DNA of 62,882 nt, filler included, from Chiloscyllium plagiosum (taxonomy: Eukaryota), in the NCBI RefSeq assembly GCF_004010195.1. It is 4 parts of one record of this genome, joined end to end, with 100 filler letters (N's around TTAATTAATTAA, not from the genome) between each part and the next. Parts side by side here need not be neighbours in the genome. Positions count along the whole stretch, not along the records: positions 23,214 to 46,954 come from NC_057717.1; positions 47,055 to 55,094 come from NC_057717.1; 2 more parts are not named here. One strand, written 5' to 3'. The position numbers were made by a program, and so were the translations under genes. This document shows positions 37,326 through 48,422 of this stretch, piece after piece. The notes beneath the pieces were generated by a model. The model searched no databases and was not told where the DNA came from. It saw only the letters and a program-made list of their open reading frames with translations. Position 1 is the stretch's first letter; the number at the start of each line of letters is the position of its first letter.

Positions 37326-39055
37326 GGAGGAAGGGCTTATTTGTCTCCGGTTATTAGATTATTAAAATACAAGATCAGCACTAACCCGCAGTGCAGATTG
37401 GCTCCGTGAAAGCGTGCTGCTGCGTTAAGCGAGAGGTCGATTTATTGCAAGCATTCAGTGCAATTTTCCTAAACAATGCACTGTTTTGTTGTTTTGACGG
37501 TAAGAACTGTTATTTGATCACATCATCCTCTTGTTCCTAGCAAACATTCCAGTACAGGGTACATCAGTTTCATTCCGACACAGCCACATGTCTTATTCTC
37601 ACTCCCTCTGAGGTGATTGACTTGGCAATGTCATTCTCTGAGATTGGCAACGTAGCATTGAGATGGTAGCGTAATGAACAAAGAAGAACAAAGAACACAG
37701 AATATTAATAGCCCAGGAACAGGCTCTTCGGAACTCCAATCCTGGTCTGAACCAAATTAACTGTCTAAACCTATCACCCAATTGCTCAGCATCTATTTCC
37801 ATCTGCTCCCCACTTGCTCACGCATCTGTCAAGGTGCATCTTGAATGTAACGAACGTGCCTGCCTCTACTACCTCTACTAGCATCGTGTTCCAGGCACCT
37901 ACCACTCTCTGTGCAAAATACTTTCTACATCTATCCTCCTTCAACGTTTCACCTTTCAACTTGAATGCGTGACCACTCATTACAGAATTCCTCACCTGGG
38001 GAAAAAGCATATCTCTATACGCCCGGTCTGTCCCCTTCAAGATTTTGTAGACCTCAATCAGGACTCCTCAATCTCGTTTTTTTTTCTACTGAAAACAGTC
38101 ATAAACTTCTTAAACTCTCTTCACAGCAAGCATCTTCCATCGCATCAACATCCTCGTAAACCTTCTCTGCACCGTATCCAAAATGTCCACTTCCATTTGA
38201 TAAGTTGACGACCAGAAGAGTGCACAGTATTCTAAACGAGGCCGAACCAAAATCTTGTCCAATTTTAGCATGACCTGCCAGCTCTTACACTCAAAGCCCG
38301 GTTCTATGACGACAAGAATGCCATATGCTTTCTTGACCGCTGTATCCAACTGTGCCACCATCGCCATGGTACAAAGGACCTAACCTCCTCGATCTCTTTG
38401 CTCATCAAATTTCTTCAAGGTTTTTTCGTTTACAGTGTAGTTGGTTCAAGAATTCGGCTTCCCAAAATGCATCACTTCACATTTGCCTCGATTGAACTCT
38501 GTAACTTCTCCGCTCAACTCTCCTGTCTATATATTCTTCTTCATTCTTTAACTGACCCCTATGCTTTCTGCTACTCACCAATATTCGTGACAAATGTAAA
38601 TGTAGTGGCGATATACCGGGCTAGCAACCCGTGGATACTGGAATATGGCAGCTGCTGGTATTTAAATCGATGAATAAAATCTGGATATTAACCCCGATCA
38701 GAGGAACAAAGGTAAAACGTTTTAATTTGCTGAAAACCCATCCATTCTTGTCCCTTTGCAAGGGGAATTTGCAGTCCTTAACGAGACCTGCCAACATATG
38801 ACTCCAGACACATAAAAGTGCAGTTCACCCAGAAAATCCCTCTGACTCAGTGCAAGGGGAATTAAGAGTGAACAACAAATAATATTTAGACCATGTTGAC
38901 ACACTCCGTGGGAGAATAAAGAAGAATTAACAAATTACATGGATGACGGGGAAAATTGGGAGTCATCGCTGCGTGGACTCAAATTCAATGGATTATCCAA
39001 GCTCAATAGACACATGGATGCACACACCGCCAAGAAGTCAGGCCCATAGGGGGAC
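37280..39055 (+). repeat. Direct paralog of ~200-1050, interrupted by a CR1 insertion
   Basis: CAGCACTAACCCGCA, GACGGTAAGAACTG, GATGAATAAAATCTGG and CGCCAAGAAGTCAGG shared in the same order. Confidence 0.85.
37676..38600 (-). mobile_element. 5'-truncated CR1 LINE with tail
   Basis: LVRPRLEYCALFWS...VQRRFTRM and YFAQRVVGAWN motifs; GAACAAAGAAGAACAAAGAAC tail. Confidence 0.9.
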
Positions 39056-40776
39056 TTCAATTACCCGCTGAAGTGTAAACCTACGTGCCCAAGGCACAAT
39101 GTGGACAGGTCATTCACCACTCCCATATGTGCGAAGAGATCACTCAGGAGGCCAACTGGCAGAGTCACCAGCATGTTTACAAATGACATCAGGAGTCCAA
39201 TTGTGCTGTTATTGCATGTGTTCATCACATCCAGCAATGAACCATGTTTGGACGCCTGTTTCCAGTGGAGTTCCACTGTTTCCTGATGTAGATCAACAAT
39301 TTAGACTTAGTTGTAGGAGTCATGATTGAGAAGTTTGCAGAGGATGCAACAATTGGTNNNNNNNNNNNNNNNNNNNNNNNAGATCATCGAAGATATTTAG
39401 ATAGGGAGCTCAGTTGGTCGACAGTATCTTTGGATATCTTGTGTTGTCGACCACACACTGTGGATGGTATTCGATCTTTCGCAAACTCCAGTTTAGGAAG
39501 CAACTAAAAATATTAGCACAAATCTGGTCAATGCAATAATCAACATTTTTAAAAATTTTAAGATAAAGGATGGAGGGCTGAAGTATATCACTTTGACCAT
39601 CAAGACCCCTTCAAGACTGATACATCTCCAAGTCATGCTTGGGAGGGTAACTTGCAAATGGTTGCGCTTCAGTACATCTTCAACCTTGGTCCTCATAGTC
39701 GGTACAGTTTCTGAGAAATGAATGTTCTGTCAACACAGCCTGGATGACTGACTCCACCGCATCTTGTAGGTGGTGCACTCTGCTGCAATCGTGCCTTAGC
39801 GGTGAGGGTAATAAACATTCGGGTATGAACGTGTTACAGTTAAGTGACTGCATTGTCGTAGAGGATGTCCAGTTCCTTCGGTGGTATTGAAGCTGCACAC
39901 GTCCAGGCAAATGGAGAGAGTTCTGTTACACATATAATTTGTGCCTTACAGATGATGCAGACTTCAAGGAGACATGAGTTGTGTGCGGTCAGGTTCCATT
40001 TCTCCTAAATATTAGCTCAGAGGGCGATTACACGGATGACTTCAGTTACAACGAAGCCATTGAATATCAATAGAATATGATTAAATTCTCATTTCTCAAA
40101 GTATCATTACTGTATTTGGTCCATGTGTGACTTATCGGATTCCAATCGCAATCTGATTTCAAGTTCGAGTTGCCGTGCTGTAAGGGACAGCAGAGATTTA
40201 CGAGTATGTTGTCAACTTTGGATAAAATGGAGTTTCGTGGAATGATCAGTCAGGCTGGGATTATTCTCCTTGAAACAAAATCGTGGGATCTTGAAAGGGT
40301 ATAAACTACAGAGTAATGGTGAAACAATGGGCAAGGAGCACTGGAACGGGAGGGGCTGAATGCTCCCTTTCCCTGCTGAAACCAAACACTGCTGTTGATC
40401 TCTGAAATGGGACAATATCAGATAAGTCGGTGAAAACTTACTTTCTGCTTGGTTTCTCCCGAGGCCTGTGTCATACTTGGGGAAATGTGACTGTGTGTTT
40501 CAGTCTATGGGTAAAAATGGGCTTCAGTTCCCATCTCAAACTTTAATCCCATTAATTGTGTTTTACGAAATTAAAATGTTCCGGAGAAATAAACATTTAG
40601 GTGAAACGTGAGTACTTACAAGGTTACAGACCAAGTGCTGGGAAATGAGATGAAGGGAACCATTTCTGTGCTGTAAACACTCGATAATTCAATTAATTTT
40701 GAGGGGAAACATACCTGCAGTGACATAATTCCAAAAAGTGTGTTATGAAGAAACGGTGCAACTGCTTCTACCCTCA

Positions 40777-40847
40777 TCCCTGGTGGTCTAGTGGTTAGTA
40801 TTCAGCGCTTTAACCGAGTGGCCTGGGTTTCATTACAGTTCAGGAAA
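40777..40847 (+). tRNA. tRNA-Glu-derived pseudogene (anticodon position reads TTA)
   Basis: TCCCTGGTGGTCTAGTGGTTAG exact 5' match; anticodon stem and B box degraded. Confidence 0.8.
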
Positions 40848-41234
40848 TCAGGTCTTCTTGTTCCTGACGCAGAGAGCGCAGCTCTACCAGGAATCTGTTT
40901 CATGCCTTAGATCAGTAAATACCCCAGCTTTTCAAAGAAGGGAAAAGTGCCTTCCCTCTCTCTGCACAGTCGGACAGTTAATTCTTCATTCTCCTTTGAT
41001 TCTACTTCCCAAAGAGTTTCAAAATGTTGTCAAAACTGAGTCTCAGCTATTTCTTTTCTGTGCTTTTCATACACAGGAGCTGCAGTGAATGAGTGCGTTG
41101 GTTTCTGAAAACGAAACGTACCTATGGCAATGTGTTGTGCTATTCCAGGATCGCCTTCTCTGACAACTGTGGGAGATCACTGACGTTGTCTATGATATGG
41201 AAGTGCCAGTGTTTGAGTTGAGTAGACAAAGTTT

Positions 41235-41581
41235 AAAATTGCACAATATCAGGGCAGAGTCCAGCAGGTTTATTTGGAAGCACGAACTTTCAGAGTGCCT
41301 CGCCTTCATCAGGTGGGTGTTTTTCTGCAGAAACTTGGCGTGTGTGTCAATATGCGCGATCCTTTGGAAGATCACCTGGAATTTAACCGACCGTTCGTGG
41401 TGTCGACGGTACCCATGACTTGGAGGTGTTGGTGTTGGACTGGCGTGAATAAATTTAATAATCTCACAAAGCCATTTTAGATTCCAACAGTTGACAAACA
41501 CCTAATGAAGAAGCAGTGCATGGAACACTGGTGCTTCCAGATATGTCTGCTTGGTACAGTCTGGTGCTGTGTGATTTTTAC
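41235..41581. mobile_element. Short PLE derivative bounded by inverted pseudo-LTRs with hammerhead motifs
   Basis: 41235-41315 is a diverged reverse complement of 41498-41581; minus strand reads CAC-CTGATGA-...-GAAAG-TTC-GTG. Confidence 0.7.
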
Positions 41582-42329
41582 TCTGATAGTTCTTGGTCAT
41601 TTTTGTTCGTGGAGATAAAAAAAATTCAAACATTATCCATTTCTGCACAACAAAAATGATTATTTTGGATTTGTGATGAATCTCCACAATGCCCAAGTAA
41701 AAGTCGAACTTTCAACTGCCTGATCCGTAGCCAGCCATACGAATGGTTGTACCACAGACCAGATGCCCAGCTGAGATTTTACACGCTGCAGAGGTGTGGC
41801 GTTCACAAGGACATGAGCAATAACAGTAACAGTCACAAGGTGAACAAAAAACAAAGATAATCACCATCATTAACTCACTTCAAATTGTCCTCAAAAAACG
41901 ACCACTCACAATCTGAATAGCCAAGCAATGAGGTCACTGCTGATCTTGGAAATTGCAACTGACCTTGCTGCGATTTCAACACTTTTTGAGGTAAACTCCA
42001 GCTTAATCATAACATCGCATATTCCCATTAATATTCAGCTTTAGATTACGTTAATGTTCTCTCCGTATTTGCAGGAAATGAGTGAAAACGTCCTTCCAGT
42101 GATGTAATCAAGTGCAGAGTCGGTCAGAAAAGAAAAGACAAAGACATGAGACATCACTCCCATTTCTCTCTGCACCAATTCTTTTTTCTGAGTTGAATAT
42201 TTGCAGGCCTTAGTTTTACGATCTAAAGAATTAATTATTTTCCCGGCGAAGATTCTTCATAAATCAATTAACATCTGAGAAATTGAAACATATTTTACTT
42301 TAGATTAAAGTAGTTGAATATCCTTTCCC

Positions 42330-42790
42330 CCAGCCTAATGTCCCAATCCTCCCTGCTCTTCCCAACCTGACGTTCCAATGCTCCTTGCTGCTCCATGTCA
42401 AATGAAGCTGTTCTACTTGAATTTGGAGCTACCAGTCTGATGTCCCAATGCTCCCTGCTCCGTTTCAGTAGCAGCGTTCCAGTTGTGGTTGGATCTATCA
42501 CTCTGATGTCCCAATGCTTTCTGCTGCTACATGTCATTAAAAGCTGCCCCAGGTTAGATGGAGCTCACAGACGGATCTCGCAGAACTCCCCGATCCATGC
42601 CAACTGAAGCTGCTCCAAATGAGGTTAGATCTTGCATTCGGATGTGACAATGCTCCCTGCTTCTCCATGTTAACACAAGCTGCTCCAGTTGTGGTTGGAA
42701 CTCCAGACTGATGTCACAATGCTCCCTGGTCCACGTCAAAAGACGCTGCTCCAGATGAAGTGGGAGCTCCAATCCCTGGCAGCTCACATA
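42330..42790. repeat. Degenerate minisatellite (~65-70 bp unit)
   Basis: Recurrent GATGTCCCAATGCTCCCTGCT...AGCTGCTCCAG. Confidence 0.75.
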
Positions 42791-43311
42791 CTCCTGTACC
42801 ATCATTGAAATACTGCCCACTGACCATTTCTACCACTGGAACCATTCGTGGAATATCTGCATCATGTGAACCTAATCTTATTTTTAGTCACCACCGAAAC
42901 ATTATTTCCAAAAGTCATTCGTTCTTAAACCTATTTAGCATGTGCATACTGCTGTCAATCCGAAGTTAGGTAATGGCGCTAATTGATGTATGCTTAATAA
43001 AAATTACATCCTATGTTTCATGTTGTGTAACTGCGACTTAGCAAGGACCATGTTTGTATTGAAATCACACTTTTATTCCAGGTGAGAGAATGTGGTTTTC
43101 ATTAGATAAAAAGGAACTTGTTCGCTGTGTAAAATGATCAAATAAATCTCAATTTCAAAACAAAATTGGTAACGTTGTCATCAATCTTGAAATATGGTGT
43201 CTTGTTTTTTCAACCACACGGATATTAGAACGAAAAGTCTATTAATGATATGCGTATAAAAACACTTTAAATCGCAATGTTTGTGAAGGTTTGAATCTCA
43301 GGTTAAGGTTT

Positions 43312-43848
43312 AGGGTGGAGATTTGCTGGCTGAGCTGTAGGTTTGATATCCAGACGTTTCATTACCGGGCTAGGTAACGTCATCCACAAAATTCCATGCA
43401 AGGACTGCCACAAACACTAAGACAAACAGAAAGAAAGTTAGCCACCAGGATATACGAACACCAGATAACCACAAAAAGACACGATCTTCTCTCCATCGTA
43501 GCCTTTCACACGGATTAAAAATACCACCATTTCGATTGGGACAATATATCTATCCTGGGACATGTTCAGCGAATACATGCTAGAGAATTCCCAAAGGCCT
43601 GGCACTCCAACCACAAAGCATAAACAAACACATAGATCAAGATGCCATCTATTAACCCCTCAGAAAACGAACAGGAAATGACATCACCACAAACCCCAGG
43701 AACCCCATCCAGGAGAAAGATATAAATAGAAAACAGGAGACAACAGCTTCGCTTCGCTTGGAGGTCGCCACTGATGATGTTGTTACATAACCAAGTAATG
43801 AAACGTCTGGATATCAAAGCTACAACTCAGCGAGCAAACGTACACCCT
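43312..43848 (+). mobile_element. Truncated PLE (GIY-YIG remnant) with ~75-bp inverted pseudo-LTRs
   Basis: KIPCKDCHKH...RKLATRIYEH remnant; 43312-43384 inverted relative to 43772-43848. Confidence 0.85.
43767..43811 (+). ncRNA. Minimal hammerhead ribozyme motif
   Basis: CCA-CTGATGA-(GTTAC..GTAAT stem II)-GAAAC-GTC-TGG; stem I CCA/TGG pairs. Confidence 0.7.
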
Positions 43849-44573
43849 ACATTTTAAATCATTTTTCATGTTCATGTTGCATGAATCTGCGGTTATTGAT
43901 CCACAGTTTAATTTCACTCCCTACGTAACATGCTGATTTCTCCAGTTGTTCATCGTTCAATGTGATGCATCCAGGGTGTGCATAACGAGAGGAAGCTTAC
44001 TTCCCAAATCTTGTATTTATCTGTGCCTGATGTCCAGCATTCATCAATGGCGAGTGCAAGGGGCGAGGGCGAGACCACTGTGTAAGTCTCTCCGTGCCCA
44101 TACACGGCACCCACATCGGCAATTCCCCACTGTGCATTTACAGCCAGTTCGCAGTGCCCCTACACCTACGCCCTGCCCCTTTTGATATATCTCCGTTATT
44201 TTGTGCTGTCTCACTGCAATCTTCTCACCAGGATGAAGTACTTCGACTCAACTTCCTCCACATTTCATCTGACAAAACATTCATTAAGAATCCCTTTGTA
44301 TAAACATGCACTTCGCATCTCTCGTTATTCGATTTTCTTGGATGTTTTTCATACGAAGAAACGTTCACAGCAACTTGACTTGAAAAAGAAAATCCGCGCT
44401 CCTTTCCATTATTCCAATGCAACCTACATTTCAGTTTCGTCAACAGACCCAAGCTTTTTTTTTGAGATTTTGTAATAGCACCGCTGCATATAAACTGAAC
44501 AGTGGAGTCACAATTTCAATATGATAGCTGTGATCAATCTGAAAGCAACACCATTGAAAGTGGCTATTAACAG

Positions 44574-44652
44574 CGACGAGAGAAGGATGCGAAACCACGC
44601 GTGCAGCGCACAACGGATTAGCAGTCCATCTTAACTGCTCGGCCACCTCGCC
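44574..44652 (-). tRNA. tRNA-Ser(GCT), probable pseudogene
   Basis: Reverse complement GGCGAGGTGGCCGAGCAGTTAAGATGGACTGCTAATCCGTTGTGCGCTGCACGCGTGGTTTCGCATCC...CTCGTCG; 3-nt deletion after the D loop. Confidence 0.85.
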
Positions 44653-44764
44653 ACAGTTGCTGGTTATGATATGACCTTATGAATAACTGAATTTCGTAAA
44701 CTATGCAGAACAGCAGATATTTCTCCTTGGTGTTTGTGAAATGATAAATAACACAGGACAGTTC

Positions 44765-44824
44765 CAAGACTATGGTCTGACCTCAGATTGTCGGGCAAGT
44801 GCGCTCCCACTGTCACACTATGCG
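44765..44824 (-). pseudogene. Third copy of the deleted tRNA-iMet remnant
   Basis: Flanks 44690-44910 are homologous to 29720-29950 and to the reverse complement of 9060-9280. Confidence 0.45.
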
Positions 44825-46139
44825 CACAGTGATCTGAACAAAAATGAGTAAATGACTATGTAACAAGGTCTGTTGAATTCTGTGAAGATTTGAAGTCAAC
44901 GGAATGAAGAACCCGAGACAGCAGGAGGCTTACTTTCAAGAAAGCGTTGGATAGATCTCTTCAGGATAGTGGAATCAAGGGTTATGGAGATGAGACAGGA
45001 ACAGGATATAGATGGAGGATGTTCATAATGAATGGTGCTGCTAGCTCGAAGGGCAGAATGGCCTACTCCTGCACCTGCTGTCTATTGTCTCTTAAATCGC
45101 CTGTGAGGAATCGTTTTCCAGACTAGAGGAGAGTGCATAGTGCTCAATGTCATTATTCGGAACACTTAACTTCTGCTCAGATGTTTTTGACACGCACTTG
45201 TGTACAGAACAAACAATTTCAAAATCCAAAATAAGGCCAAACTGAAAACTCAACAATTCAAAAACCTTGATCTGTACCATTTTCCTGGGCCATGCGACAC
45301 CAAGTCATGTATGATCACAGCAACACAGTGAGCAAGTGTCAGAAGGAAAATGTTTGCAGTGCCAGAACGCATGCTGGGGGGAGCAGCAGGTGACACACGG
45401 GGAAGTGCATTTCCCACAACAGAAACCCTTCCCAAACAGCGGACTGCGGTGGAAGATTTCAGAGGGTGTTTACACTTTGGAATTTGATACCAGAGACACA
45501 ATGGAGATCTGTCATTTAGTCTGTTCAAGAAGGAAATTATAAGATTTCTACAGATGCAAAACTAAATAAAAAGCTCATGGGTTAGTGAAGACAAATATTG
45601 AAATTGTATATTTCAAAAATCTACCCATCTTTGCAATGAGTAGCTCACCACTTTCCTCAATCGGGGTGAAGACCAATGGTGAAGATAATCGTACAACCCT
45701 CGTTACTATCCATGGAATCAGAGAAACCCGGTTTCCCAAGCGTTAAGTTACAACCAGGAATGTGGAGGTTAGCATTAATGTGTTGCTCCTGAGCTGCAGG
45801 TGACCAGTGCAGGGTATCTCTGTGCCAGAAAAGTGGGCTGTTCTGTGCCGAAGTTTTAAGTTTGAGCGTCACATGGAGCAGCTTTATCTTGTCGTCGTGT
45901 TGAGGGGTACGGACAGAAGGTAATATTGAGCAAAGCCAAGTTTATGGGAAAATACCAGTGTTTGTGGATTGAGAAACGACCTTTTCTGGATAATAACTCC
46001 TTGATCAACAAACATACTGCAAGTATCTAAAACGTGAAGAGACATGTGTGGAGAGAGAGCCGAAGGTGATTTTTCAGCAGATGGATAACGTTTCCCATGT
46101 GCACTGCGTTAAATTCCGGGAAAATAGATGTTGAAAATA

Positions 46140-46954
46140 GATGTATGTTTGCGGATGAAAGCACTTTCTGAATCTTGAGCAATTATATTTCAGTTTTGTC
46201 AAAAAAAGTATTCTTCGCTGTTCTGTCTTTCCCTTTCAGTTTCCCGTTTTATATCCCGTATTTTATCAGTTTATCTTACGTTTTCAATAATTTCAATCAA
46301 TCTCGCTCCTGATTACCAATCCGAGAATGCCACAATTTTCTCAATTTATATGCTGTGCCAGCTGTAGGGTGCGGTGAACAAGTGGAAAGGCATTGGTCAC
46401 GTGAACTAAATAAAAGTCGCGGGGTGGTGGAATCTGGCCGTTCCATCGCAGTCATATTTAAAACATTTAATGTAATCTTTAGCCAAATCATATTGGCAGA
46501 AAATAAGAAAACAAAAACAAAACAAAATGCTGATGTTGAAAATCAAACTAAAACAGACGTTGCTGGAAAATTTCAGGACGTCTGGCAGCATCTGCGGAGA
46601 GACTGAACCAATGGATGTGAAACTTTAACTGTGATTCATCTGCACAGATGGTGCCTGCACACCTGTGATTTACAGCAATTTCTGTTTTTGTTTCAGATTG
46701 GCAGATGTTGTCACAGTTCATGACAACAGTGCTCACTAGAATCAAACAGACAGCACGGACATGGTAGTGTGAAATGAGATGTTGTACTGGAAAAGGACAG
46801 CATGTCAGGCAACATCCGAGGAGCAGGAGAATGGACGATTTAGACTTAAGCCATTCATCAGGAATTAGGCTTGTGAGTCTGGCAGAGGGACAAAGCTGAA
46901 GCCAGGTGCCAATTCGCAGGCACTTCCTCCTACAGACCACGATCACAAACTCTC
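46140..46954 (+). repeat. Direct repeat of 23820-24700
   Basis: Long near-identical stretches including the Thr pseudogene and the start of the inverted pLTR. Confidence 0.9.
46368..46445 (+). pseudogene. tRNA-Thr(CGT) pseudogene
   Basis: GGTGCGGTGAACAAGTGGAAAGGCATTGGTCACGTGAAC...TCGCGGGG...GGCCGTTCCA. Confidence 0.7.
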
Positions 46955-48289
46955 NNNNNNNNNNNNNNNNNNNNNNNNNNNNNNNNNNNNNNNNNNNNTT
47001 AATTAATTAANNNNNNNNNNNNNNNNNNNNNNNNNNNNNNNNNNNNNNNNNNNNTTTTCAGCAGACGTTTGTCATGGTTGAATACAGGTGAGTAGAGAAT
47101 GTTAGAGTCCATGGGTAGGTAGGGGTGGAATACACAGAATTTATTAAAAGTTGGATATTCTAGAGAATGAAGAGAGTAGTATAATTATCTGGAGTGAAGG
47201 CTTTGGGGTATCAGAAGGATCAGTGTTTGGGCAATAGCTCTTCGCAAGATCTAAAATATTTCGGATATGAACACCAAATATCATCATTCACATTTATGTT
47301 CATTAAATAGTGAGAGGCTGGGAAGTGCTGTTGTTGAAACAGACCTGGATGTGCTTGGCCATAAGTCACAAACAGAATTTTTACGCAGCAGGAAGCAAAT
47401 GATATGTGGACCTTTATACATAATGATTAAAGTACCAGAGTAAATGTATCTTTCCCAATGATAGTGTTTTGTTGAGAGACTATTAGATGTATTGTGTACA
47501 GGTTTATTCAGAAAAGGGGTTTCACCAGACTAAACCCTGGCATGATGCGACCATGAGGAAAATGTGAAGAAACTTCTGCGTAATAAAGTGTGTTAAGGTG
47601 TTTGTGAGTCTATATTTTAAAAAGTGATGAGACACATTAAATGTTGAAGGTACAAAATTGCTTTATTAGAACAATTAAAGGAATGCCCAGGCAAATTCAC
47701 ATTTTCTATGCATTGGACTGCAAATATGTCCACTGTAAATATATTGGCTGGTACCTGTTCTAGTCGAGGAGCGATCTGCACGGTTACAGCATGTAGATTG
47801 CGGTATTTGAGGGTGGTGGTGGTGGAAGGTACAGCAGGTTACGGTATTGCAAACGGTCAACGCAGCAGAATAATCTCGCCAGCGATAAGAAACCATGCAT
47901 CATTCTCCCTCAATACTAACTTCACGAGCGCAATGGGTGATGGGAAATGTGACCAATAGCCAACGGTGCAAACGTTCAATCCAGTCCAGTAGTTTTTGTG
48001 AACTGAAGGAACCATACAGAAAGGGGTTAAATGGAGCTGTTTGTTCAGTGGCTGTGAGTGATGCCAGTCTCCATGGATCTTAATTATGTCACTGGATGTT
48101 TTCCGTCTCCTATTAGTAAGGGGCCACTTGCAATGGTTTATGCCATTGCAGCAGCAGATGATCAACTCCAAAGCTCAAAGGGATCAGCAGCTTCAGAGAC
48201 AGAAAAAGGACATTTAAGCATCTAAGAATAGTCTGGAATGATCTATTAATGGATCGGAATCTACGAACATTAGACTGGAATGCTACACA

Positions 48290-48422
48290 ATGGACAGGAG
48301 TTTATCCTTGGGTCTTTTGTATTTTTCCTGGTCTTGGTCAACATTGCCATATCGGATATATGGTGCACTGATGATTATCCAGGCCGGTTACTACCCTATC
48401 CTCGCTATTGTTGGTGTTCCTG
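48290..48422 (+). CDS. First coding exon of a GPR139/GPR142-like class A GPCR (partial gene)
   Basis: MDRSL...MIIQAGYYPILAIVGVP followed by a phase-1 donor CCTG|GTAAGT; YYPILA.VGVP plus an intron at this position resembles GPR139-like TM1; exon 2 not found in the window. Confidence 0.7.

Noticed and set aside
42330..42790. Regularly spaced repeats resembling a CRISPR array
   Set aside because: Eukaryotic context, degenerate units, homologous 'spacers' and no cas genes: a minisatellite
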